From Candidatus Zixiibacteriota bacterium (GTDB taxonomy: Bacteria > Zixibacteria > MSB-5A5 > SM1-73): a stretch of DNA of 64,000 bases. Numbering within the stretch: the stretch's first letter is position 1; every line of letters begins with the position of its first letter. The notes under the pieces were generated by a model. It saw nothing but the letters and a program-made list of their open reading frames with translations. It was not told the DNA's origin and did not search any database. Shown piece by piece: positions 27,786 through 36,775 of the stretch. The stretch covers positions 25,958-89,957 of the forward strand of contig JBAUFO010000083.1 in NCBI GenBank assembly GCA_049679185.1, read 5' to 3'. A program made the translations under genes and the position numbers.

Positions 27786-28718
27786 ATGAGCTATTTAAAC
27801 CCAATCGTTAGAGTTACAGTTTGTATTTTCGTCTTCCTTTTTTCACCCCAGCTCTCGCATTCGCAGATTTCAGCAGATCCTTCCCGTTTTGAAATCCACG
27901 CCCACGATCAGAATATTGCCTCCGAAGTAGAGACCATACTGGAATCCTCCTATCTGAGAATCTCCGACTTCCTGGAAGATTCCCTGACCGACGCGGTCAG
28001 CGTTTACGTGGTGGATAGCGAGGAGGAGTTTGTCGCGATGGTCGGGAGCAAGTTCCCTGACTGGGGGGTGGCCTGCGCCATTCCGGGTCGCAATCTGATC
28101 ATCTTGAAATCGCCCCTGCAGTTTAAGTACTATCGTCCATTCTCTCAGGTGGTCGCGCACGAGCTGGCCCACATATTCATCGGAAAGCTCTCCGGGGAGG
28201 GAAGAGTCCCCCGATGGCTGGATGAGGGGTTCGCCATGTATCATTCTCAAGAGTGGAGAATTGGGCAGGACGTAGCCGTGGCGCGCGCGGTTTTGACCGG
28301 CTCGATCTTGCCCCTGTCCCAGATAGAGTCGGTCAACGCCTTCAAGGAGAGTAAGGCTCAACTGGCATATACCGAGAGCTTTTTGGCGGTATCCTATCTC
28401 TACGGTGAATTTGGAGAGGGAACCATAAAAGAGCTGGTAACGCACCTGTCAAAAGGCACCAGCATAGATTTAGCATTCATGAGAACCATTGGATCGAATT
28501 ATCTTTCATTCCAGTTGGAGTTCGAGAAATACATCCAGACAAAATACAACTGGGTGAGCTTCCTTGGTGACACTTTCCTGCTCTGGATCGGGCTTGCCTT
28601 TTTGATCGTGTTCCTCTATCTTATCAAAAGACGACGCAGCAGGAAGACCCTGGAAGGCTGGGAACTGGAGGAGCAGAGGCTTAAGGGTGAAGATGAGGAA
28701 GCGAAGGATCAAACATAG
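27786..28718 (+). CDS. HEXXH zinc metallopeptidase-like protein (peptidase MA-like) with signal peptide and C-terminal TM anchor
   Basis: Signal peptide, HELAHIF zinc motif plus a downstream Glu (EGFAMYH), C-terminal hydrophobic helix then a charged tail. Confidence 0.55.
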   Translation: MSYLNPIVRVTVCIFVFLFSPQLSHSQISADPSRFEIHAHDQNIASEVETILESSYLRISDFLEDSLTDAVSVYVVDSEEEFVAMVGSKFPDWGVACAIPGRNLIILKSPLQFKYYRPFSQVVAHELAHIFIGKLSGEGRVPRWLDEGFAMYHSQEWRIGQDVAVARAVLTGSILPLSQIESVNAFKESKAQLAYTESFLAVSYLYGEFGEGTIKELVTHLSKGTSIDLAFMRTIGSNYLSFQLEFEKYIQTKYNWVSFLGDTFLLWIGLAFLIVFLYLIKRRRSRKTLEGWELEEQRLKGEDEEAKDQT

Positions 28719-29586
28719 AATAGAATATTGGATTACCTACCTGATGGGGGCCTTTGTTAGGATCATTCCCTATCGCCTGGCACTTGCCCTGGGTTCTTTT
28801 CTGGGATGGCTGGCATTTGACATATTTCGGGTAAGGCGTAAAGTAACTCTGATCAATCTGAGAAATTCAATGGGCAGGGGGAAAGATGGATTGGCAGGAA
28901 TCGGTCGCAGAGCTTACCGGAATTTCGGAAAATCCATGGTGGAGTATCTGTTGTTTCCGTCTTTGGACAAAGAAAAGATTGAGCAAGTGGTGGAATTTGA
29001 GGGCGCCGAGCATTTTGATGAGGCACTGAAGAGAGGAAAGGGGGCAGTTCTGGTGGCCGGACATTTTGGCAGTTGGGAACTGATGGGCGCGGCCACCAGT
29101 CAGAAAGGATATCCGATTGACTTCCTGGTGGGAGAACAACACAACATCCTGGTGGATAATTTGATGAACGATTACAGAAGATCCATGGGAATCGGAATAA
29201 TAAAAATGGGAGCCGCGGCCAAGGGGGTTATCAGGGCTCTAAAGAACAATCGTTTCGTGGCTATGCTCTCCGACCAGGACGCTGGCAGTGATGGGACGGT
29301 GGTGGAGTTCTTCGGACGGCCCGCCTCAACGCCCAAAGGTCCGGCAGCCTTCGCCCTAAAGATGGATGCTCCCATCGTGATGGCATTCATCATAAGAGAA
29401 AATGAGAGAAAGCAGAAGGTAATCGTAGAAAAGGCGATATTTGGCGAGAAGACCTCTGATAAAGAGGAAGACATCCGGAGACTGACCCAGGCTTATACCC
29501 GAGTGCTGGAGGAATATGTTCGCAAATATCCGGATCACTGGTTCTGGCCTCACCGGCGGTGGAAGAGCACGACCCGGGATTATTGA
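28687..29586 (+). CDS. lipid A biosynthesis (Kdo2-lipid IVA) lauroyl/myristoyl acyltransferase family
   Basis: LpxL/HtrB family features: N-terminal membrane helix, AGHFGSWE (HX4D/E-type motif), and the C-terminal RYPDHWFWPHRRWK tail. Confidence 0.85.
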   Translation: MKMRKRRIKHRIEYWITYLMGAFVRIIPYRLALALGSFLGWLAFDIFRVRRKVTLINLRNSMGRGKDGLAGIGRRAYRNFGKSMVEYLLFPSLDKEKIEQVVEFEGAEHFDEALKRGKGAVLVAGHFGSWELMGAATSQKGYPIDFLVGEQHNILVDNLMNDYRRSMGIGIIKMGAAAKGVIRALKNNRFVAMLSDQDAGSDGTVVEFFGRPASTPKGPAAFALKMDAPIVMAFIIRENERKQKVIVEKAIFGEKTSDKEEDIRRLTQAYTRVLEEYVRKYPDHWFWPHRRWKSTTRDY

Positions 29587-29603
29587 GAAACTGTCAACGG
29601 ATG

Positions 29604-29646
29604 GAACGCCCAGACGGGCTCGGACGAGCCCCCGTCTGGGAGCGTC
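29604..29646. repeat. REP-like GC palindrome (GAACGCCCAGACGGGCTCGGACGAGCCCCCGTCTGGGAGCGTCC), related to the elements at 31521 and 48568
   Basis: Nested inverted repeats CCCAGACGGG/CCCGTCTGGG; shares the CCCAGACGGG core with two other intergenic copies. Confidence 0.7.
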
Positions 29647-29765
29647 CTTCTGGATGGATTAAACGGATAGGAGACTGAGTGGTAGGGAGGCCTCGATCCA
29701 ACCAGAGATGAAATGTGCATTTCGACCTGCTAGCAAGTTCCTTCTTTCAACCTGACGCAAGATGA

Positions 29766-30788
29766 ATGAGACATAAGCGAATTCTGATCATCCAGACTGC
29801 CTTTATCGGCGACGTCATACTCTGTACACCTCTAATCAAGGGCCTGAAAAAGACCTTCCCCGATTCATTCATCTCCTTTTTGCTCATCCCCGAGACGGAG
29901 AACGTTTTGGAAAACAATCCGCACTTAAGTGAGATATTAGTCTACGATAAAAGGAAGAATAAGGGGATTGGAAGTTTCCTTCAGATCATCATCAGAGTCA
30001 AACAGGGGGAGTTCGATCTGGCGGTTATACCGCACAGGTCTCTGCGGAGCGCGCTTCTGGCCTATCTTTCCCGGATACCGGTGCGGATCGGCTTTGACAA
30101 AAGCACAGGATCCTTTCTGTTTACCCGCCAGGTGGTTTACAACAATAATGTTCACGAGGTAGACCGCAATCTCTCTTTGCTCTTGGATTTTAGTTCCCGC
30201 CTTAAGGACACGTCACCTGAGCTCTTTCCATCCTCTGAGGATTTTTCTTATGCCCGAAAACTGCTGAGTGATTCCGGCATCACAGAAGGGGACAAGATCG
30301 TATGCGTTGCTCCCTGCTCGGTCTGGGCAACAAAAAGGTGGCTGCCCGAAAGGTTTGCCGAGGTCGCCGATCTTCTGCTGAGGGAGGCAAGAGCAAAGGT
30401 GATATTCCTGGGCTCGGAGGAGGATCGTGCTCTTTGCGAAAAGACAGCAAACTCGATGACGGAAAGGCCCGCGGTCTTAGCAGGAAAAACCAGCGTGCTC
30501 CAATCCGCCGCAATAGTATCGTTCTGTAAGGTGATCCTCTCTAATGATAGTGCCCCAGTTCATATAGCATCCGCCATGAAAATACCAGCGGTGGCAATAT
30601 TCGGGTCCACCGTCCCTGAGTTTGGTTTCGCTCCCTATGGTGTTAATCATGTAATCATTCAAAAGAAGATGGAGTGTCGTCCCTGCGGGATACACGGAAA
30701 AAGAAAATGCCCAAAGGAGCATTTTCGATGTATGAGGGAGATCACAACAGAAGAAGTTTTTCAAGCTGTGCTTTCCCGGTTGGCATAA
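29766..30788 (+). CDS. ADP-heptose:LPS heptosyltransferase (glycosyltransferase family 9, WaaF/WaaC-like)
   Basis: ILIIQTAFIGDVILCTP N-terminus and a C-terminal SNDSAPVH...IFGST motif typical of GT9. Confidence 0.85.
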   Translation: MRHKRILIIQTAFIGDVILCTPLIKGLKKTFPDSFISFLLIPETENVLENNPHLSEILVYDKRKNKGIGSFLQIIIRVKQGEFDLAVIPHRSLRSALLAYLSRIPVRIGFDKSTGSFLFTRQVVYNNNVHEVDRNLSLLLDFSSRLKDTSPELFPSSEDFSYARKLLSDSGITEGDKIVCVAPCSVWATKRWLPERFAEVADLLLREARAKVIFLGSEEDRALCEKTANSMTERPAVLAGKTSVLQSAAIVSFCKVILSNDSAPVHIASAMKIPAVAIFGSTVPEFGFAPYGVNHVIIQKKMECRPCGIHGKRKCPKEHFRCMREITTEEVFQAVLSRLA

Positions 30789-30803
30789 TACCAGGAGCAG
30801 GAA

Positions 30804-31448
30804 ATGTTTAAGCAGGTTTCCAAGGAACTGAAGAGCCATGCTCCGTTTACAACTTTTGGAGCACTTACCGGAATAATCATTATGATATTCTTTCATAATT
30901 TGCCCCCAGATGCTTCTTACAATATTTTTTATATCCTCCATCCCATCCACGTTCTATTGAGCGCGCTGGTTACCGCATCGATGTATGAACTTCATAAATG
31001 CGGGCGGGCTGAAGGTAAACGCAAACTTTGGGTTTTGCTTATAATTGGATATACAGGTTCAATTGGCATAGCCACAATAAGCGATTCGATAATCCCATAC
31101 TTAGGAGAGATTTTACTCGGATTGCCCAACCGGGGAATACATTTTGGGTTTATTGAGGAATGGTGGTTAGTGAATCCCTTAGCGATAATCGGTATTAGCA
31201 TTGCTTACCTCAGACCAACAACAAGGTTTCCTCATTTTGGTCACGTTCTGTTGAGCACCTGGGCATCGTTATTCCACATTATTATGGCGACAGGCCAAGC
31301 CTTAAATTGGGTTTCCTATTCAATCGTTTTCTTCTTTTTGTTTATTGCGGTTTGGTTGCCCTGTTGTGTAAGCGATATTGTGTTTCCTCTTTTGTTTGTG
31401 AAAGATTCAGATCCGGGTTTGGATCCTGTGGAGAACAAAACAAAATGA
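30804..31448 (+). CDS. hypothetical His-rich integral membrane protein (visibly AT-richer than neighbours)
   Basis: 214 aa, 5-6 predicted TM helices, motifs HPIH, GIHFGF, HFGH; codon composition more AT-rich than flanking genes. Confidence 0.45.
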   Translation: MFKQVSKELKSHAPFTTFGALTGIIIMIFFHNLPPDASYNIFYILHPIHVLLSALVTASMYELHKCGRAEGKRKLWVLLIIGYTGSIGIATISDSIIPYLGEILLGLPNRGIHFGFIEEWWLVNPLAIIGISIAYLRPTTRFPHFGHVLLSTWASLFHIIMATGQALNWVSYSIVFFFLFIAVWLPCCVSDIVFPLLFVKDSDPGLDPVENKTK

Positions 31449-31520
31449 GTTACAGACGCAACTTAAAACTATAGCAAACGAACAAAATAAGTTGCCACAT
31501 TGCATGTCATGTTGAGCGAC

Positions 31521-31560
31521 CAGACGCCCAACGGGGGCGTCTGCCGTCCCTTACGGGAAG
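31521..31560. repeat. REP-like GC palindrome CAGACGCCCAACGGGGGCGTCTGCCGTCCCTTACGGGAAG
   Basis: Stem GACGCCC/GGGCGTC; a 20-nt stretch (ACGGGGGCGTCTGCCGTCCC) is identical to the copy at 48568-48604. Further hairpins follow at 31627-31648 (CCCTCTCCCCTTAGGGAGAGGG) and 31681-31697 (CCCCGCCAAAGGCGGGG). Confidence 0.75.
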
Positions 31561-31756
31561 CGAAACATATCTCTGTGAAGATGTGAGTCGTATGGTTTAT
31601 ACCAAGGGGGAAATTTCTAATGTTCCCTCTCCCCTTAGGGAGAGGGACAGGGAGAGGGGGAATGAAGACTGAGATTCTTCCCCCGCCAAAGGCGGGGTCA
31701 GAATGACATGTAAGAATCATTCCTGCGTCTGTATTAATATGGTAAACTCAAATGGT

Positions 31757-32683
31757 ATGCCCAAATTTAGAGTCACGGTAATTGGAACCATAAACAGAGA
31801 CACCTTGATTTTTCCAAGAGGGAAAAGAAAGGAGAGCTTTGGGGGAATTTTGTACAATCTGTCTGCTCTATCCGGGTTGGGTGGAAAGTGGATGGAAATC
31901 TATCCGGTGTGTAATGTGGGATATGACGTTTACGATCGGGTGAGAGAGATTTTAGAAAGCTATGAGAACGTCAGGCCGGACGGCGTCAAGAAGGTGAGGA
32001 GAAAAAACAATCATGCATCTCTCCTGATCGATCAAGAAAGCGAAAGGCAGGAGGTTCTCATAAACAGGGTCCCTGTCTTGAGTTTCAGCCAGATTGAACC
32101 GTTCCTTGAGTGCGACGTGATTTTGGTAAATTTCATCTCCGGCTTCGACATTACTCTCAGCACGTTAAAGAAAATCCGGAGGAGCACGGCCGCTTTAATA
32201 TTTATGGACGTTCACAGTCTGACGCTGGGAATCCGCAGAGACGGGAGAAGATTTTTCAGGTCCCCGAAGAGCTGGAAGGAATATATAAAACAGGCGGATT
32301 TGGTGCAAACTAATATGGCGGAATTGAGCGTGCTCGCAGAAAAGAGCTTGAAGTCCCCAAGTGATATTCGAGATTTCGGAGAGTATGTCTTAAGCCTGGG
32401 ACCGAGAGCGCTTTTGGTGACCCTGGGTGAAGAAGGAGCGGTCATGATCTACAGGCACGGAAAAGGTTGTCGTCTCAAGAAGGATGAAGGAATCAAAGTG
32501 CGAGGATTCAAAGACCCCACCGGAGCAGGCGATGCCTTTTCGGCTGGATTCTTAGTCCGTTACTTTCAGAGCCGGAGTCTCGTTCGGTCTCTTGGCTTCG
32601 CCAATCGCGTCGCCGCGGAAAAATGTAAAACATCCGGAGTAGAAGGGGTGACCCGGTTGTTGAGAGAGTTTGCCCACCCATAA
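31757..32683 (+). CDS. PfkB-family carbohydrate/sugar-phosphate kinase (ribokinase-like)
   Basis: DPTGAGDAFSAGFL anion-hole motif and a GG dipeptide region. Start ambiguous: the ORF opens at 31703, and the ATGs at 31739 and 31757 lack a clear SD. Confidence 0.75.
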   Translation: MPKFRVTVIGTINRDTLIFPRGKRKESFGGILYNLSALSGLGGKWMEIYPVCNVGYDVYDRVREILESYENVRPDGVKKVRRKNNHASLLIDQESERQEVLINRVPVLSFSQIEPFLECDVILVNFISGFDITLSTLKKIRRSTAALIFMDVHSLTLGIRRDGRRFFRSPKSWKEYIKQADLVQTNMAELSVLAEKSLKSPSDIRDFGEYVLSLGPRALLVTLGEEGAVMIYRHGKGCRLKKDEGIKVRGFKDPTGAGDAFSAGFLVRYFQSRSLVRSLGFANRVAAEKCKTSGVEGVTRLLREFAHP

Positions 32684-32778
32684 CTATGTACGTTGATTCT
32701 CACGGTCTGCCAGCGCAGGGACTCGTGCTTCGACTGGAATGCCCGCCCCTACGGGTCGTATGACTTTAGGCAGACCTT

Positions 32779-32815
32779 GAGTCCGGCTAAAGCCGGACAC
32801 TCCAAAGTCCTTTTT
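32779..32815 (+). terminator. candidate intrinsic terminator after the PfkB kinase gene
   Basis: Hairpin GAGTCCGGC-TAAA-GCCGGAC(A)CTC followed within 9 nt by TCCTTTTT. Confidence 0.4.
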
Positions 32816-32834
32816 CCTAGCCCACTCAAATCAT

Positions 32835-32863
32835 TTGACAAAAGATGGGAAATGGATTAAACT
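32835..32863 (+). promoter_or_regulatory. candidate promoter (TTGACA, 17 nt, TAAACT) giving a near-leaderless transcript for the HAD hydrolase gene
   Basis: The -10 ends 9 nt before the ATG at 32873 and there is no SD sequence. Confidence 0.35.
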
Positions 32864-32872
32864 GAAACTGAT

Positions 32873-33652
32873 ATGAAAAAGCTGTATCTGGTGGACATTG
32901 AGGGAACCATCGTAAAGGACAAATCCTACACTCCCATAGAGGGAGCCGTGGAGTGGATAAATTCGTTTGATTCTTCCCCGCATCGGTTCATCCTGTTGTC
33001 CAACAACACGACTCACAGGCCAAAAGACCTCTTGGCCCTGCTGAAGAGCAAAGGATTCGACGTCCAGTCCGAAAACCTGGTGACCTGCATGAGCGCTGCC
33101 TTAAACTGGCTGAAAAAGGAAGACGTCAAAAGTTGTTTCGTGATAGGGAGTGCGCAACTGAAAGAGTATTTGAATGAGAGTGGGATAGAAACTCCATCAC
33201 ACGACAGGGTGGAGTCAGTGCTGGTGGGCTTGGATCCGTCACTAAACTATGAGAAGCTCAAAGTTGCCGTAAATGCACTGGTGAAAAACGACGCACCTTT
33301 GCTGGCACTTCACGCCAACCGATTATATAAAGATGAAAAAGGAGAACTTTCCCCCTCGGTTGGAGCGGTGATGAAAGCCTTGGAATACAGCTCGCAGAAA
33401 AGAGCGAATGTTTTTGGCAAACCCAGTCCGGAGATTTACCGTGAAGCCGCAAGAAAATTTGAGGTAAAACCAGAGGACTGTTTCATGATAAGTGATGATC
33501 CGCTCTCCGATCTGGCAGGAGCGAAGAAACTGGGCATGAAGACGGTGTTCGTGACTTCCGGCAAGTACACGGATACGAGGATACTGAAAACCTTGAATGA
33601 GGGATTTCAGCCTGACTGGATCCATCAGAGTGTGAAGGAAATCAGAATATAG
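32873..33652 (+). CDS. HAD-IIA subfamily hydrolase (NagD/pNPPase-like)
   Basis: Motif I LVDIEGT (DxE instead of the usual DxD), motif II region SNNTT, C-terminal GK...ISDD. Length and capless layout fit HAD-IIA. Confidence 0.75.
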   Translation: MKKLYLVDIEGTIVKDKSYTPIEGAVEWINSFDSSPHRFILLSNNTTHRPKDLLALLKSKGFDVQSENLVTCMSAALNWLKKEDVKSCFVIGSAQLKEYLNESGIETPSHDRVESVLVGLDPSLNYEKLKVAVNALVKNDAPLLALHANRLYKDEKGELSPSVGAVMKALEYSSQKRANVFGKPSPEIYREAARKFEVKPEDCFMISDDPLSDLAGAKKLGMKTVFVTSGKYTDTRILKTLNEGFQPDWIHQSVKEIRI

Positions 33653-33678
33653 AACCTTTTTCTTTAGAAAGCTGATTC

Positions 33679-34776
33679 ATGAAAATCGGTATAGTCGGAC
33701 TTCCATTTGTGGGCAAGACCACGGTTTTTAATGCCTTGACGTGTGGACAGGCCAGAGTGGGCGAATTCTCGCTCGGGGTAAAAGAAGCCAACCGGGGAGT
33801 CGTCAAGGTGCCGGATGAAAGGGTGCATAAACTGGCTACCTTCTATAATCCCAAGAAGGTGACGCCGGCCGAGGTGGAATATATCGACGTTGCCGGGCTG
33901 GTCAAGGAGACCAAGAAAAAAGCTTCGGAGGGAGAATTCTATCATTCCCTAAGGGAGGTCGACGCGCTGGCTCACGTGGTGAGGGTTTTCCAGGATGAAA
34001 ACGTGATTCGCGTCTCCGGCTCGGTGGACTTAAAAAGGGACGTCAAGAACCTGGATCTGGATTTGATCCTGATAGACTTGGACATCGTGGAGAAGAGGCT
34101 GAAGCGCTTGGAAAAGAGCGTGGCCAGCTCCAAGGATGAAGAGGAAAAAAGAGAGCTTCAGGTCCTTCTGAGATTTAAAGAGACCCTGGACCAGGGGATT
34201 CCTCTAAGAGAGATTGAGCTGTCTCCGGGAGAGGAACGGCTAATCCGGGGATATGCCTTTCTCTCTTTGAAGCCCATGCTCATCATACTCAACATAGATG
34301 AGGAGCAAAACGAGCAGAGAGAGCAACTGGAATCGGAATGCTCACAGATGACTAAGGATGAAAAAATCTCCGGCTGCTCTGTTTGCTCCATCTGCGGCAA
34401 GCTGGAGATGGAGCTTTCCCAGCTTGAGGAAGGCGATCGAAGACCCTTCATGGAGGATATGGGCATAAGAGAGCTGGCGATTGAGCGGGTGATTGACGTC
34501 TCCTACAAGCTTCTCAACTTGATCTCGTTTTTCACGGCCAATGAAAACGAGGTCAAGGCCTGGCCGGTTCCTGCGGGAATAAAGGCCATAAAAGCGGCCG
34601 GAACGGTTCACACCGACATGGAGAGAGGCTTCATCAAAGCGGAGGTGATCAGCTTCGACAGGCTGTGGGACTTAGGCTCAGTTCACAAAGTCAAAGAAAA
34701 AGGTGAATTGAGGCTGGAGGGGAAGGAGTATGTGGTTCAGGACGGGGACGTGATCTTTTTCAGATTTAATGTATGA
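33679..34776 (+). CDS. ychF: redox-regulated ATPase YchF (Obg-like GTPase family)
   Basis: MKIGIVGLPFVGKTTVFNALT, central coiled-coil insertion, C-terminal TGS domain (VQDGDVIFFRFN). Confidence 0.9.
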   Translation: MKIGIVGLPFVGKTTVFNALTCGQARVGEFSLGVKEANRGVVKVPDERVHKLATFYNPKKVTPAEVEYIDVAGLVKETKKKASEGEFYHSLREVDALAHVVRVFQDENVIRVSGSVDLKRDVKNLDLDLILIDLDIVEKRLKRLEKSVASSKDEEEKRELQVLLRFKETLDQGIPLREIELSPGEERLIRGYAFLSLKPMLIILNIDEEQNEQREQLESECSQMTKDEKISGCSVCSICGKLEMELSQLEEGDRRPFMEDMGIRELAIERVIDVSYKLLNLISFFTANENEVKAWPVPAGIKAIKAAGTVHTDMERGFIKAEVISFDRLWDLGSVHKVKEKGELRLEGKEYVVQDGDVIFFRFNV

Positions 34777-36749
34777 GCAAAGCAAAAACCCCGGCAAGGA
34801 CGCGGGCCGAAAAGATGATCTGCGGGGGGTGTCTTCTCCTTATTCTCATCCATCTGGCGGCGTCATACTTTCCTTCGGAAAGACTCTGGGGAATAAACCT
34901 GCTTCACTATCTGCCGCACGCTTGGCGATGGATTCTGGCCGTCAGCGCGACTCTGATCCTGATCCCGACTGTCAACAAAGCCTGTGGTAACCTCCTCACC
35001 GGTTTGTCCCGCATCATACCGCCTGGATTCAAAAGAGCAAATAAGTATTACCGATACGCTTTTTTCAGCCTTGTCGCGGGGGTTTTCTTCTGGGTGCTCA
35101 GGGTCAAGACCTACCTTCTGGGAGATAGTCTTGTCAGAGCCAGGGAGATTGATCTGGGCGCCAGATTCTCCTTCACTGCGCCTCTGGATTTTCTTCTGCA
35201 CGTCCAGGTGGCAGGGTTCCTGAACTGGGAAGCTTTTCAAACCTATGCCCTTTTGAGCATACTTTCAGGAGTGGGGTTTGTCTTGCTGCTTCTGCTTTTG
35301 GCAGATCTGATGGGCAGGGACGGCAAAGAGAGACTGCTGGTCTTCTCCGTTTTTATCAGCATGGGAGCAATCCAGCTCTTTTTCGGATACGTTGAAAGCT
35401 ACTCTGTGGTCTGTGCAGCTATACTTCTCTACATCTTCTTTTCATTTGGCTATCTCCGGAACAAGAACGGTCTGATCCCTCCCCTCCTTGCCTTCCTTTT
35501 GGCTTTCAGCCTGCATCTTTTTGCCGTGACCCTGCTCCCTTCGCTCCTTTACCTGATATTATCCGGGCGGGCCGGAAAGAAGGAGAAGAAGCAAGGGAAT
35601 TTTGCCGGGCTCGGTCTGTCCATCGGTATGGTGCTCCTGGTGACCGTGACTCTTTCTCTTGTGCAGAGGTATAATCCCGAACCGAAGGGGCTGGAGTATT
35701 ATCTGATCTCTCCGCTGGGCGGCTGGGAAGGATCATATTCGCTCTTTTCGTTGTCGCACCTTTTGGATCTGATAAATCATCAGCTTCTGGTTTCGCCCGT
35801 GGGTCTGTTGATCTGCCTGACCTCTGTTGTGGCCTTTTCCGGAAAGACTGGCCAAAAGGACCGGGTGGCGCGGTTCCTTCTGATCCTGAGTCTTTGCACT
35901 TTAGCCTATGCCTTCCTGGCAGACCCGAAATTGGGATACCCTCGCGATTGGGACCTGTTTGCGTTCACCGCACTCGGTTACACGCTTCTGGGGCTTCACC
36001 TGTTCCTCAAGTATCGTAGAGGTGCGCAGACAGGAGACTTGCGATACCTCACCCTGGCGTTGCTGTTTACTTCACTGCTTTCCACGATTCCTTGGATCTA
36101 TATCAACGCTGCGGAGGAGACATCGGTGACCAGATTCGAGCACGTTCTGAAGCTTGACAGAGAGAGAAGCGCCCACGGGCACGAGACTCTGGCCATGTAT
36201 TACAACCAGCGCGGCGAATGGCAAAAGGAGTTGGAGCAGTGGAAGAAAGCAGCAGTGGCGGAGGTGAATGCGCGCTACATCAACAACGTGGGGGCAGTCT
36301 ACCACCGGCAGGAGAGGTACGATCTCGCCCTCAAGGAACTGGACAAGTCTCTTGTGGTGGATCCGACCTTCGACCGCACCTATTTCAACAGGGGTGACGT
36401 TCTCGCCCGGATGGGAAGGTATGAGGAGGCCCTGAAGGATTTCCGCCAGGCCATAAGGCTGCGGCCCGACAGAATGCAGTACTACAACAACTTAGCGGGG
36501 CACCTCACGAAACTGGGTCGTGACCAGGAAGCCTTGGAGGTTCTCCAGGAGGGCATGAGCGTGAACCCGGATCATCCGCCTCTTTACCGGGATTTAGGCT
36601 ATAATCATTTCAACCTGGGTGATCTCGTGATGGCAGACAAATACCTTAAGCTCTATTTGGAGCGCGCGCCCGAAGCGGAAGATGCAGCCGAAGTTCGGCA
36701 GTTTCTAAGGGGCCTGCCGGAAAGACGGCAGCAACAACCTAAACCCTAA
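34773..36749 (+). CDS. polytopic membrane + C-terminal TPR protein, paralog 2 (GT-C/TMTC-like suspected); ATGA-overlap with ychF
   Basis: 658 aa; motifs RLWGINLLHY, LLGDSLVRAREI, DPKLGYPRDWDLFAF; C-terminal TPR repeats. Start overlaps the ychF stop (gtATGAgc). Confidence 0.8.
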   Translation: MSKAKTPARTRAEKMICGGCLLLILIHLAASYFPSERLWGINLLHYLPHAWRWILAVSATLILIPTVNKACGNLLTGLSRIIPPGFKRANKYYRYAFFSLVAGVFFWVLRVKTYLLGDSLVRAREIDLGARFSFTAPLDFLLHVQVAGFLNWEAFQTYALLSILSGVGFVLLLLLLADLMGRDGKERLLVFSVFISMGAIQLFFGYVESYSVVCAAILLYIFFSFGYLRNKNGLIPPLLAFLLAFSLHLFAVTLLPSLLYLILSGRAGKKEKKQGNFAGLGLSIGMVLLVTVTLSLVQRYNPEPKGLEYYLISPLGGWEGSYSLFSLSHLLDLINHQLLVSPVGLLICLTSVVAFSGKTGQKDRVARFLLILSLCTLAYAFLADPKLGYPRDWDLFAFTALGYTLLGLHLFLKYRRGAQTGDLRYLTLALLFTSLLSTIPWIYINAAEETSVTRFEHVLKLDRERSAHGHETLAMYYNQRGEWQKELEQWKKAAVAEVNARYINNVGAVYHRQERYDLALKELDKSLVVDPTFDRTYFNRGDVLARMGRYEEALKDFRQAIRLRPDRMQYYNNLAGHLTKLGRDQEALEVLQEGMSVNPDHPPLYRDLGYNHFNLGDLVMADKYLKLYLERAPEAEDAAEVRQFLRGLPERRQQQPKP

Positions 36750-36775
36750 AATGTAATCGTTTGCAGCAAGAATAG

